From Oscillospiraceae bacterium (GTDB lineage Bacteria > Bacillota > Clostridia > Oscillospirales > CAG-272): 64,000 nt of DNA. Below, piece after piece: positions 53,510 through 62,350 of this stretch. The stretch lies in NCBI GenBank assembly GCA_015063485.1, contig SVUA01000002.1:1454-65453 (forward strand), read 5' to 3'. The first letter of the stretch is position 1. Every line of letters begins with the position of its first letter. The position numbers and the translations under genes are program-made. The notes beneath the pieces were generated by a model. It did not search any database and was not told the DNA's origin. It saw only the letters and a program-made list of their open reading frames with translations.

Positions 53510-54652
53510 ATGACAAAAAGAATACTCTCCTCTATGCTTTGTATAAGCCTCGTTCTGCTCTTTTCATGTCCCGTATGCGCTCAGCCGAACGGTGATACTG
53601 TCTCGCTGTCCGCGTCTGCCATAAGCGCGCAAAGCGCGGTGCTTATAGACGCGCACGACGGAACGGTGCTGTTTGAGAAAAACGCGCGGACGAAAATGGG
53701 CATGGCAAGTACGACAAAAATAATGACGGCACTCGTTGTCGCCGACTCGTGCGACCTAAACGTGAGCGTTGAAATAGACGCGCGGGCAGTGGGAGTCGAG
53801 GGTTCTTCTATCTATCTTACAGCGGGAGAAAGGCTCACCGTGGAACAGCTTTTATACGCGCTCCTTTTAGCATCGGCAAACGATGCTGCGGTAGCGCTTG
53901 CTTTGCACGTCTGTGAAAGTGTCGAAGCTTTCGCGGATAAAATGAATGAAAAAGCGAACGCTTTAGGCTTGACGGACACGCGTTTTGTAAATCCGCACGG
54001 ACTATACGACGAAGCGCATTATACGACGGCGTATGACCTCGCTATCATATCAAAAGAGGCTCTGAAAAATGAAACCGTCAAAAAAATAGCTTCCACCTAC
54101 AAAACTACTATCCCTCTTTGCAACGGTGAGGGTACACGTGTGCTTGTCAATCACAACAAGATGCTAAAGCTTTACGACGGCGCGATAGGAGTAAAAACGG
54201 GATTTACAAAAAAGACAGGACGAACGCTTGTCAGCGCGGCTGAACGCGACGGACTTCGCTTGATAGCCGTTACTTTGAACGCGCCAAGCGATTGGAACGA
54301 CCATACCTTGATGCTCGACTACGGATTCGAAAATTACACCCGTATGACCTTTTTTAAGGCGGGTGAATTTCGTTATGCGCTCGGCATTTGCGGCGGTAAG
54401 GAAGAGTATGCTGTGCTTACCAACTCAAATCCTATTGAACTCACGTTGAAAAAGGAGCATGGCAAAGAAAACCATACAGTTGAGACTTGCTCTCGTTTTA
54501 TCTGTGCGCCTATAAACGCAGAAGCAGAGCTTGGTCGCGTGGTATTTGAGTGTGACGGACAGACAGTATCCTCTCCGCTTATTGCGGTATGTGATATTCC
54601 CATGCAAGAGGAAAAGAGCTTTTTTGAGAAAATATTTGGAGCATCAAAATAA
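53510..54652 (+). CDS. D-alanyl-D-alanine carboxypeptidase (peptidase S11, DacB/DacF-like)
   Basis: It has a signal peptide, the SxxK motif MASTTKIMTA, the SxN motif LASANDAA and the KTG motif GVKTGFT. Confidence 0.85.
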   Translation: MTKRILSSMLCISLVLLFSCPVCAQPNGDTVSLSASAISAQSAVLIDAHDGTVLFEKNARTKMGMASTTKIMTALVVADSCDLNVSVEIDARAVGVEGSSIYLTAGERLTVEQLLYALLLASANDAAVALALHVCESVEAFADKMNEKANALGLTDTRFVNPHGLYDEAHYTTAYDLAIISKEALKNETVKKIASTYKTTIPLCNGEGTRVLVNHNKMLKLYDGAIGVKTGFTKKTGRTLVSAAERDGLRLIAVTLNAPSDWNDHTLMLDYGFENYTRMTFFKAGEFRYALGICGGKEEYAVLTNSNPIELTLKKEHGKENHTVETCSRFICAPINAEAELGRVVFECDGQTVSSPLIAVCDIPMQEEKSFFEKIFGASK

Positions 54653-55410
54653 TGGAAGAAATAAAGATCCAGAAATATTTTACCGATTGCGGAGTAATGT
54701 CACGGCGCGCGGCTGAAGCCGAGATAGAACGCGGCAAGGTGACCGTAAACGGCAGACCCGCAACACTCGGTATGCGTATCCGCGCAGGCGTTGATACCGT
54801 TGAATATAACGGCAGACCGATAGTTCCCATGGTCGACGAGCGCATATGCATAATACTTAATAAGCCTCGCGGATTCGTTACCACGATGTCGGACGAAAAA
54901 GGACGACCTACGGTTCGTATGCTTACCGAAGGGCTTCACGCGCGTGTGTATCCCGTTGGCAGACTCGATATGGATTCTGACGGACTTTTGCTTCTTACAA
55001 ACGACGGCGCACTTGCCGAAAAGCTTACCCACCCGCGCCACAGTATTCCGAAGATATATCACGTCACCGTCAAGGGAGACGTGAGCGACGAAATTTTGCG
55101 CACTCTTAATTCGCCAATGACTATCGATGGATACAAGCTCCGTCCCACAAAAACGCGAATATATCAAAAACATGAAAAAAACGAACGCTCTTGCGTTCTT
55201 GAAATGACTCTTTTTGAAGGTCGAAACCGACAGATACGCAAAATGTGCGACACCGTCGGACTTAAAATAACACGCCTTTCCCGCGTAGCTCTCGGATACA
55301 TAAAGCTTGGTTCTCTGCCCGAGGGTAAATGGCGCAGACTCACAAAGGACGAGCTTTCCTATCTCGACAAAAGTCTCACATCTTCGACTTCAAAGCAAAC
55401 GAAAGGATAA
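54652..55410 (+). CDS. rluB: rRNA pseudouridine synthase (RluB/RsuA family)
   Basis: It has an N-terminal S4 domain and the catalytic motif VGRLDMDSDGLLLLTNDG. Its ATG overlaps the upstream stop (TAATG). Confidence 0.85.
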   Translation: MEEIKIQKYFTDCGVMSRRAAEAEIERGKVTVNGRPATLGMRIRAGVDTVEYNGRPIVPMVDERICIILNKPRGFVTTMSDEKGRPTVRMLTEGLHARVYPVGRLDMDSDGLLLLTNDGALAEKLTHPRHSIPKIYHVTVKGDVSDEILRTLNSPMTIDGYKLRPTKTRIYQKHEKNERSCVLEMTLFEGRNRQIRKMCDTVGLKITRLSRVALGYIKLGSLPEGKWRRLTKDELSYLDKSLTSSTSKQTKG

Positions 55411-55413
55411 AAA

Positions 55414-55803
55414 ATGCTTAAGATTCTACCCATTCAATCAAAACCCGAGCAAGAAAAGATATGCTCACTCTGCAACGTAAAATACAATGCGGATCTGCTC
55501 GCTTACGCGGTGTATGACGATGATACACTGCTTGGCGTATGCCAATTCCGCCTTACCGCAAACGGCGGCGAGATATACGATCTGGCTCACGCGAACGGTA
55601 CGGATAGTATTGACGCCCTCTTTATAATGGGGCGCGGCGCGCTCAATTTCATAGACCTTTGCGGTGTTCACTACGCTCGCTTCTGCGGAGAGGTAAAGAA
55701 CGAAATGCTTCTGAAGGCCATAGGCTTCAAAAAGCAGGATAACGGAAGCTTTGAAATAGATCTTAACGGATTCTTTACCGAGCATTGCGGAAATCATAAA
55801 TAA
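55414..55803 (+). CDS. hypothetical 129-aa protein (possibly a small acetyltransferase-fold protein)
   Basis: The ORF is tightly packed after rluB. No family is recognised with confidence. Confidence 0.5.
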   Translation: MLKILPIQSKPEQEKICSLCNVKYNADLLAYAVYDDDTLLGVCQFRLTANGGEIYDLAHANGTDSIDALFIMGRGALNFIDLCGVHYARFCGEVKNEMLLKAIGFKKQDNGSFEIDLNGFFTEHCGNHK

Positions 55804-55845
55804 TATTATTTGCTTTGATTTTTTTAATTATGTTTATTATTTTGG

Positions 55846-55874
55846 TTGACTTTTTTTAAAAGCCATGTTATAAT
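55846..55874 (+). promoter_or_regulatory. sigma-A type promoter for the tyrosine-kinase module
   Basis: TTGACT (55846-55851), 17 nt, TATAAT (55869-55874). Confidence 0.6.
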
Positions 55875-55938
55875 AATATATAATGTGCAAAAATGTTGAT
55901 TTTTGCATATCCCGAAAACTTGGAGGTTAAAAATTCAA

Positions 55939-56829
55939 ATGGAAAAAGAACTTACATTAAGCGAATTATTTTCATGTTTTAAGAAAAACTGGTGGAAGAT
56001 CATCGCTTTTGCGATCCTTGCCGCTGTTATTGCGGGAACTTTTACCCATTTCTTTATAGCAAAAAAATATTCGTCAAAAATAGAATTCTACGTAATAAAC
56101 ACAAATGAGACCGATGACTTCTCTCAAACGGGAATTCTTGCGGCTTCTACATATCTTGCCAACGACTATATCGACGTTATAAACGGTGATGATATCATGA
56201 ACGAAGCCTGCAAGAAGCTTGAAGAAAAAGGATATACGGGGGTTACTCCGAACAAGCTTCGAGCAAGACTTTCGGCTTCTACCTCAGAGAATTCCTGTTT
56301 CACATTGAAGGTGACCGATGTTAACAGTGAATTCGCTTACGATTTTGCTTGCGTACTTGCCGATATCGTTCCGCCTATGCTTACGGAAATAACCAAGCCC
56401 GACGAACGCATGGCATCTATTCCGATCTCGACTGCGCTCAATGAGATCGCAAAAGAGATAGAAAAATCTTATCCTGAACATTCAGAAGCGATCAGAGCTG
56501 CTGCAACTGAACTTAAAGAGAGCAAAAGTTCCGCTACTATTAGCGCCGTTCTTGATAAAAAAATGGCAGTAAGAGTTAACCTTGCCCCAAAGCTTGCAAC
56601 GACACATGATTCCCCCAGTTTGATCCTTTATAGCTTTATAGCTGCCGTTTTAGGCGCTTTCATAAGCTTTGCATACTTCGTAATACGTTCTCTTTTGAAT
56701 ACGGTGATCCGCACCGAAGAAGATATAGCTACAATACTGTCAAAATATCCTCTTATTGGTACTGTTCCTTCTTGGGACTTTAACAAAAAGAGTAACTATA
56801 ATAAAACCGATTACCGCCGCAACAGATAA
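55939..56829 (+). CDS. Wzz/CpsC/YwqC-type chain-length determinant, transmembrane modulator of a BY-kinase
   Basis: I place the start at ATG 55939, preceded by GGAGG. An N-terminal TM helix follows LSELFSCFKKNWWKII, then an extracellular coiled region and a second TM near the C-terminus. Confidence 0.8.
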   Translation: MEKELTLSELFSCFKKNWWKIIAFAILAAVIAGTFTHFFIAKKYSSKIEFYVINTNETDDFSQTGILAASTYLANDYIDVINGDDIMNEACKKLEEKGYTGVTPNKLRARLSASTSENSCFTLKVTDVNSEFAYDFACVLADIVPPMLTEITKPDERMASIPISTALNEIAKEIEKSYPEHSEAIRAAATELKESKSSATISAVLDKKMAVRVNLAPKLATTHDSPSLILYSFIAAVLGAFISFAYFVIRSLLNTVIRTEEDIATILSKYPLIGTVPSWDFNKKSNYNKTDYRRNR

Positions 56830-56846
56830 TGAAAGGAGAGATCGAT

Positions 56847-57602
56847 ATGAGCACTAATTCACGTAGTTTGACATCAAGCGAAAGGATTCTTGACGATAAC
56901 AGCCCTTTTGCCGTACGCGAAGCCTTTAACCTTATTCGTACAAACTTAATGTATACTCGCAAGGACGATCAAAAAGGAAATCCCGTATATGCGATCACCT
57001 CCGCCGGCGAAGCTACCGGAAAGAGCACGATCATCGCAAACCTTGCGTTGTCTTATTCTAAAACAAATAAAAAGGTACTCGTTATAGATGCAGATATGCG
57101 TTGCCCTGTTCAGAACCTTATTTTTGAACTTGACAACGACCACGTTGGTCTTTCCGAGATCCTCTCAAGTATAGTAGATGACCCAAGCGAAGCTATCCGC
57201 GAAACCAAATTTGAAAATCTTGATATTATCACGAGCGGAGCTATTCCGCCCAATCCATCCGAGCTTCTTCTCGGTACACGCTTTTCCGATATTCTCTATA
57301 AGCTCAGACACATTTACGACGTCATATTCGTTGACTTTCCCCCCACGGGAATCGTAACCGATGCTATTACTCAGTTTGAAAGCATCACGGGATACATTTT
57401 CGCAGTACGTTCAAATCACAGCGATAGCAAAAAGGTGTGCGCAACCATTGAAACGATGGAACACGTTGGAGCAAAGATCGTCGGTATAGTTCTTAACGAC
57501 GCAAATATTAAAACGCATAAGTCATATTACCGTTCCTCATACAGCCACTACGACAGCCACTATAATACCGACAATAAAAAAAGCTCCAAAAAGGAGAAAT
57601 AA
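56847..57602 (+). CDS. CpsD/CapB/YwqD-type bacterial tyrosine protein kinase (cytoplasmic subunit)
   Basis: Carries Walker A SAGEATGKST, Walker A' VIDADMR and a Walker B-like VDFPP. A C-terminal Tyr cluster is present (KSYYRSSYSHYDSHY). I place the start at ATG 56847, preceded by AAAGGAGAG. Confidence 0.85.
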   Translation: MSTNSRSLTSSERILDDNSPFAVREAFNLIRTNLMYTRKDDQKGNPVYAITSAGEATGKSTIIANLALSYSKTNKKVLVIDADMRCPVQNLIFELDNDHVGLSEILSSIVDDPSEAIRETKFENLDIITSGAIPPNPSELLLGTRFSDILYKLRHIYDVIFVDFPPTGIVTDAITQFESITGYIFAVRSNHSDSKKVCATIETMEHVGAKIVGIVLNDANIKTHKSYYRSSYSHYDSHYNTDNKKSSKKEK

Positions 57603-57605
57603 CTT

Positions 57606-58301
57606 ATGACCGTTATCGACTTTCATTCTCACTTTTTACCGAAAGCCGATCATGGATGTGACTCAACGAGCGAAGCGACAAACCAGCTCAAGCTGCTCAA
57701 AAAGGCAGGAGTCGACATAGTTGTTGCCACCTCGCATTTTTATCCGAATCGGCATACAGTAACACAATTCAAGCAACAGATCCAAGAAGCTCTTGAAGAT
57801 ATCCTTCTCTCTGACGTATCAGAACGTCCGCGCATCGCTATGGGCGCTGAAGTATTGATATTCGAGAACATAGACCGCATGGACGGCATTGAAGAGCTAT
57901 GCATTGAAGGAACTCGCGTTATGCTTATTGAAATGCCAATGATAGAAACTTGGAACGACGGATTGTTTAAAACGATAAATAACCTTTTAAAAAAAGGTGT
58001 CGTTGTTGTACTCGCGCATATTGACCGCTATCTGCCAAGTCACAAGGAGGACATAGAATATCTTCTCGACATTGGCGCGTATGCGCAGATAAACGCAAGA
58101 TCTTTTAAACGTTTCCTTTTCAAAAAGCATCTTGCACCTTTTCTCTGCGATGACAGGCTCGTAGCCTTCGGCTCCGACCTTCACGGTGCGGACGAAGGAG
58201 CAACGACCGCCTTTTCAGACCTTGCCGGTTTGAAGGATAACATATTTGAGCGCGTCATGGAACGAACCGAAGAAATTATCAAAAACGCTAAGCTTTATTA
58301 A
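57606..58301 (+). CDS. CpsB/YwqE-type PHP-family protein-tyrosine phosphatase
   Basis: The N-terminus MTVIDFHSHFLP and later His/Asp motifs (VATSHF.., LAHIDRY) fit the family. Confidence 0.8.
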   Translation: MTVIDFHSHFLPKADHGCDSTSEATNQLKLLKKAGVDIVVATSHFYPNRHTVTQFKQQIQEALEDILLSDVSERPRIAMGAEVLIFENIDRMDGIEELCIEGTRVMLIEMPMIETWNDGLFKTINNLLKKGVVVVLAHIDRYLPSHKEDIEYLLDIGAYAQINARSFKRFLFKKHLAPFLCDDRLVAFGSDLHGADEGATTAFSDLAGLKDNIFERVMERTEEIIKNAKLY

Positions 58302-58306
58302 ATAAC

Positions 58307-58350
58307 AAAAATATCGCTCAAGAAGCTTTAACTTCTTGAGCGATATTTTT
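58307..58350. terminator. bidirectional rho-independent terminator between convergent genes
   Basis: A 19-bp stem AAAAATATCGCTCAAGAAG / CTTCTTGAGCGATATTTTT with loop CTTTAA. Confidence 0.8.
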
Positions 58351-58356
58351 AAGATT

Positions 58357-59238
58357 TTAAAACAATCTTTGTGGATATGTTCCATTATCATGCATAGCTT
58401 TAAGCTCAGCAACAACGCAAGGACGGTCCTCTTTATACGTTACGCCAAACCATACAGCATCGGTCGAAAGAACGCTTACGAAAAGCTCACCGTCTGAGAT
58501 CATCTTATCGACCATGGTAGGAAGAGCGTATTCCGCTTTGATCTCTCCATCGGGTATCGCGCGTAAAAATTCGTTAAAGCTCTCTTCCATTTTCGCAAAA
58601 ATATCCGCGCCAAATCCCCACATATTCATGGAAACGAGGGATTCGGGATCAAGAATACCGCACTCGTCATCGCGGATAACATCGTTTTCGTCAATGGTTA
58701 TCTTATAAGTCTCACGTACTCCCGCAAGCTTTCCGTCAGAAAGCTCACAAACTCCGCGCGTTACCGCACCGTTCTTGCTGACGGTATTCTTAAGACGGTA
58801 GGACACCATAGTAGCCTCGCCCTCTTTTAGCTCACGAAGCTTCTTGTTCATTACGAAGAAAGCGTCTGAGCCGTAAAAATCGTCCGCGTTGATGACCGCA
58901 AAAGGCTCCGCGATAACGTCACGCGCGCAAAGAACTGCGTGTACCGTACCAAAAGGCTTTACACGCTCCGCGGGGATCTTGTAAAAATCAGGGATAGAAT
59001 CGAACTCCTGATAAGCAAAAGCTATCTCTACGCCCTTGATACCCGAGCACACGCGCTCGATTATCTCGCGATGGTTAGGCTTGATAACGAATACTACCTT
59101 TTCAAAGCCTGCACGGATAGCATCAAATATAGAATACTGCATAAGGATCTCGCCATTAGGTCCAAGACCGTCTATCTGCTTGTCTCCGCCATAACGCGAA
59201 CCAAGTCCCGCTGCCATTATAAGCAAAGTTGTTTTCAT
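58357..59238 (-). CDS. sugar-phosphate nucleotidyltransferase family protein (substrate unknown)
   Basis: The N-terminal motif LLIMAAGLGSRYGGDKQ is the GxGxR NTP-transferase signature. Confidence 0.7.
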   Translation of the reverse strand: MKTTLLIMAAGLGSRYGGDKQIDGLGPNGEILMQYSIFDAIRAGFEKVVFVIKPNHREIIERVCSGIKGVEIAFAYQEFDSIPDFYKIPAERVKPFGTVHAVLCARDVIAEPFAVINADDFYGSDAFFVMNKKLRELKEGEATMVSYRLKNTVSKNGAVTRGVCELSDGKLAGVRETYKITIDENDVIRDDECGILDPESLVSMNMWGFGADIFAKMEESFNEFLRAIPDGEIKAEYALPTMVDKMISDGELFVSVLSTDAVWFGVTYKEDRPCVVAELKAMHDNGTYPQRLF

Positions 59239-59298
59239 AATAAGCCTCCATATCAGAAAATTTAAAGCAAACGCAAGTCAGCGCGCCTTTACCGTATA

Positions 59299-59327
59299 AT
59301 TATACCACAATATCCTTATTATGTCAA
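59299..59327 (-). promoter_or_regulatory. sigma-A type promoter for the nucleotidyltransferase gene
   Basis: On the minus strand: TTGACA (59327-59322), 17 nt ending in TGTGG, TATAAT (59304-59299). Confidence 0.6.
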
Positions 59328-59332
59328 GAACT

Positions 59333-60232
59333 TCACTTCTTTATCCTTTTGCTCGGCAATTCGCACGCCACAGCCGCGCCCAAAATAAGCACTGCGCCTA
59401 CTATCTCCCACACTCCCATAGGCTCTTTCAGAACGAGCGCGGACAAGATTATAGCAACGACTGGATCTATATAGCTACATATCGCTACGCTCTGCGTTGG
59501 CAAAGACCCCACCGAATTGAAATAAAGCGCGTACGAGATACCCGTATGTATTATTCCCACGACCAAAAGTAAAATAACGGTTTTTAAGTTAAACACGTAT
59601 AACGGAATATCCTCCGCTATAAGCGTATACGGCAATATCACGATAGCCGCCGAGGCGAGCTGAATGATAGTTTTATCATACGCAGAAAGCGCTCCGAGAC
59701 CTCGGTTTATAAGAATTACCGAAGCGTAAAGCAGAGCCGACAAAAGCCCGAAAATTATGCCCTTTACGGCTATCTTTCCGCCATTAAGAACGCCCGAAAC
59801 GAAAACCATGCCGATAAGCGCGCAAGCCGCGCAAAGTCCTTGCTTTATGCCAAAACGTTCCTTGAATATAAAAGGAGCGGCTATCAACACGATTATCGGC
59901 GCGGTATAATAGCATAGCGTTGCCGTTGCCACCGAGGTGTAATTGTAAGCTTCAAAAAGAAATATCCAGTTAAACCCTATCAACGCGCCTGACAGACAAA
60001 GCAATATCAAGTGCTTTTTTATTGCCCTCAAATCAAGCTTTTTTCTTGATATAAGGACGATAAGCAAAAGCGCGAGAGTTCCGATAAGTCCCCTAAAAAA
60101 CGCTATCGCTCCCGACGGAAGTGGTATCAGCCTCCTGAACAGTCCGATAGTTCCGAAGACCGACATCGAAAGTATAAGCGCTCCTCGAGCAAGTTTTGCG
60201 CTATTTTTGCCGTTATTTCGGTTAATATCCAT
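59333..60232 (-). CDS. EamA/DMT superfamily transporter
   Basis: It has about 10 TM helices in two similar halves. I place the start at ATG 60232 (MDINRNNGKNSAKLARGALILS..). Confidence 0.75.
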   Translation of the reverse strand: MDINRNNGKNSAKLARGALILSMSVFGTIGLFRRLIPLPSGAIAFFRGLIGTLALLLIVLISRKKLDLRAIKKHLILLCLSGALIGFNWIFLFEAYNYTSVATATLCYYTAPIIVLIAAPFIFKERFGIKQGLCAACALIGMVFVSGVLNGGKIAVKGIIFGLLSALLYASVILINRGLGALSAYDKTIIQLASAAIVILPYTLIAEDIPLYVFNLKTVILLLVVGIIHTGISYALYFNSVGSLPTQSVAICSYIDPVVAIILSALVLKEPMGVWEIVGAVLILGAAVACELPSKRIKK

Positions 60233-60274
60233 TAAAAAAATACCTCTGACTCTAAAAATCAAATCTATTATATC

Positions 60275-60305
60275 ACAAAATCGGCAGAGACACAATATCT
60301 CTGCC
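60275..60305 (-). terminator. hairpin terminator
   Basis: The hairpin is GGCAGAGA-CACAATA-TCTCTGCC (60283-60305). ATTTTGTG follows on the minus strand. Confidence 0.5.
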
Positions 60306-60340
60306 GAAATTTGTTGCTTAAGTGTGCGTCTATAAATTTA

Positions 60341-60508
60341 AAACAAATTGCGGTTTATCGCTGAGTTTAACAAACATGGTAGGGCGGGGGGCTTGCTCCC
60401 GCCGAAATAAACATATTAAACCGAACATAACGGCGGGAGATAAACCCCCGCCCTACAACGAATACGCGTAGGTGCGAACATAACCCCACCGACAAATCAA
60501 AATTTGAA
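60341..60508 (+). repeat. TIR-bounded modular palindromic intergenic element, copy E6
   Basis: The ends are AAACAAATTGCGGTTTATCG and CCACCGACAAATCAAAATTTGAA. The interior has nested stems: GTAGGGCGGGGG (60379-60390) / CCCCCGCCCTAC (60445-60456) and CTCCCGCCG (60396-60404) / CGGCGGGAG (60431-60439). Confidence 0.85.
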
Positions 60509-60532
60509 GATTGACGTATATTTATTCAATTA

Positions 60533-60841
60533 TTACTCATTCTCCGTACGCGATTCCACAAGATACTCATAAAGCTCCTTTTCAACGCTTTCGTACTCTT
60601 TGAGCGCCGAGGACATCTCACCGTTCGTCTTGCCGTCACGCAGGGCGATACTGTTCGCGACAGTAAGCTTACCCAGCGCGTTGAGCGAACGCAGAATAAG
60701 CGCGCTTTCCTTCGCCTTTGCGCTATCGCGGCGGTTTTCTATCTCGTGATGCTCCCCGAAATACCGCTTCATAAAAAACAGTATAGCTCCGCTTATAGCC
60801 GTTGCCAACGTCGTAAGCAACATACTGATAACAGAATCCAT
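60533..60841 (-). CDS. hypothetical small membrane protein (N-terminal TM helix + helical tail)
   Basis: I place the start at ATG 60841 (MDSVISMLLTTLATAISGAILFFMKRYF..), preceded by GGGAGGTGA. The product is 102 aa. Confidence 0.55.
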   Translation of the reverse strand: MDSVISMLLTTLATAISGAILFFMKRYFGEHHEIENRRDSAKAKESALILRSLNALGKLTVANSIALRDGKTNGEMSSALKEYESVEKELYEYLVESRTENE

Positions 60842-60885
60842 TTCTTCACCTCCCTTCTGTAAATCACGAGAGAAAAGAATATATA

Positions 60886-61065
60886 TCAAACATTCGAGCG
60901 CCTTGAAAGTGCTCGAAGATATCTCTGCTCGGCATAATCGTCCCCTGCGTCAGCCGCCATACGCATCATTTTTTCAAGTTCGCATAAAAGCTCTTGCTGT
61001 ATACTAAGTGAGCGCATAAGCTCGTCAATAAGCGTTTTGGTGTGTTCATTTATTGCTTTGTTCAT
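60886..61065 (-). CDS. hypothetical small helical protein (59 aa)
   Basis: I place the start at ATG 61065 (MNKAINEHTKTLIDELMRSLS..), preceded by AAAGGAGA. It is divergent from the XRE gene. Confidence 0.5.
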   Translation of the reverse strand: MNKAINEHTKTLIDELMRSLSIQQELLCELEKMMRMAADAGDDYAEQRYLRALSRRSNV

Positions 61066-61118
61066 TAGATCTCCTTTTCTCATTTTTTAATATTTTTATT
61101 CTGATTATAAAATTCCCC

Positions 61119-61214
61119 TTGACAGAAGTTTACTTCTGTGTTATAATCATAATCGGAAGTTACAATCCGATTATACCACAAAATCGGAAGTTTGTCAAGT
61201 GTTTATCGGAAGTT
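61119..61214 (+). promoter_or_regulatory. promoter plus repeated operator-like sites of the XRE/ImmA module
   Basis: The promoter is TTGACA (61119-61124), 17 nt, TATAAT (61142-61147). A palindrome CAGAAGT-TT-ACTTCTG lies in the spacer. Three direct ATCGGAAGTT repeats sit at 61152, 61183 and 61205. The first is part of the palindrome AATCGGA-N7-TCCGATT. Confidence 0.6.
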
Positions 61215-61241
61215 TTTGAAATATTTTTGGAGGTTTATGCC

Positions 61242-61700
61242 ATGACCTTAGGTGAAAAATTAAAAAACGCAAGACTTGCTCTTGATATGTCTCAAACCGA
61301 GCTTGCTAAAAAAACAGGAATATCGGAGCGTTCGCTCTATACTTACGAGCAGATGGGAGCTGTTCCCCGTACGAGCAACATAAAAAAGCTCGCCGATGCG
61401 CTCAACGTTACCGTTACCTATTTGATGGACGAGGATGAGACAGACACGGAAAAAGACGCCAATCTCGATATTTTCCTCGCAAACGTAAAAAACGAATACG
61501 GCTCTCGCGGAGCGCGAGAAGCCTCCGAGGTACTTGACAGAGCATCCGCGCTCTTTGCGGGCGGTGAGCTTGACGAAGAGGCAAAGGAGGTCTTTTTCCG
61601 TGCGCTCATGGAAGTATATCTCGATTCAAAGTCAGAAGCAAAAGAAAAATTCGCTCCCAAGCAGAGAGCGAGCAAAAAAACAACAAAACAAGACGTTTGA
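61242..61700 (+). CDS. XRE family helix-turn-helix transcriptional regulator
   Basis: The sequence MTLGEKLKNARLALDMSQTELAKKTGISERSLYTYEQ is a classic HTH_3 domain. I place the start at ATG 61242, preceded by GGAGG. Confidence 0.85.
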   Translation: MTLGEKLKNARLALDMSQTELAKKTGISERSLYTYEQMGAVPRTSNIKKLADALNVTVTYLMDEDETDTEKDANLDIFLANVKNEYGSRGAREASEVLDRASALFAGGELDEEAKEVFFRALMEVYLDSKSEAKEKFAPKQRASKKTTKQDV

Positions 61701-61737
61701 TCTATATTTCAGATATTTATCGTGAAAGGAGGCGTGA

Positions 61738-62271
61738 ATGAACACGGTAGAATATGTATCGAAAACCGTAAATACTCTTACCAAAAAGCATGGCTCGCAT
61801 GACCCGTTTGAGCTTTGCGACGCGCTTGGAATAAGAGTTAGATATATGCAACTAAAAAAGGTTAAAGGCTTTTATTTTTATCAATCGCGCATAAGAACTA
61901 TCGTGCTTAACGCCGAGCTTGAGGAAGAGACGCAAAGAATACTTTGCGCGCATGAGCTTGGACACGCGTGTCTCCATTCGGATATGCTTATCAATATGCG
62001 AACACTGCACGGATATGAGCCTCATAACGCAAAAAACGCCTCCGAATATGAGGCGAACGTGTTTGCCGCCGAGCTGCTGATTTCGGATGAAAGTATAAAA
62101 GAGCTTCTCGAAAACGAAGGTGAAAGCTTTTATTTTCTGGCAAAGCAATTGTCTGTTCCCGCCGAATTTATTGATTTTAAACTACGTGTTATGAAGACCA
62201 AAGGATACGCAATAGATGTACCTTATCTCGCCCAATCCGATTTTTTAAAAGGTAATATAAACAACATATAA
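61738..62271 (+). CDS. ImmA/IrrE family metallopeptidase
   Basis: Carries HEXXH (CAHELGHACLH) followed by ..EYEANVFAAELL.., which is typical of ImmA/IrrE. It is paired with an XRE regulator. Confidence 0.8.
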   Translation: MNTVEYVSKTVNTLTKKHGSHDPFELCDALGIRVRYMQLKKVKGFYFYQSRIRTIVLNAELEEETQRILCAHELGHACLHSDMLINMRTLHGYEPHNAKNASEYEANVFAAELLISDESIKELLENEGESFYFLAKQLSVPAEFIDFKLRVMKTKGYAIDVPYLAQSDFLKGNINNI

Positions 62272-62313
62272 TATAGTTTTCATTTATAATGAAAACAGTT
62301 AACCATAATAATA

Positions 62314-62349
62314 AAAACTCCGATCGATTTAAAATCTATCGGAGCTTTT
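62314..62349. terminator. bidirectional hairpin terminator
   Basis: The sequence is AAAACTCCGAT-..-ATCGGAGCTTTT, located between convergent genes. Confidence 0.65.
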
Positions 62350-62350
62350 A

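Noticed and set aside
24991-60508. The possibility that the recurring AAACAAATTGCGGTTTATCG / TTCAAATTTTGATTTGTCGG motifs are a CRISPR array or its remnants.
   Set aside because: The copies are dispersed over 35 kb and occur as inverted pairs bounding palindromic interiors. They are not direct repeats with regular ~30-40-nt spacers. No cas genes are present.
60533-62271. Calling this region a prophage or integrative element.
   Set aside because: Only an XRE/ImmA pair and two tiny ORFs are present. There is no integrase, recombinase, att-like direct repeats, or structural or replication genes. It is reported as an orphan module instead.
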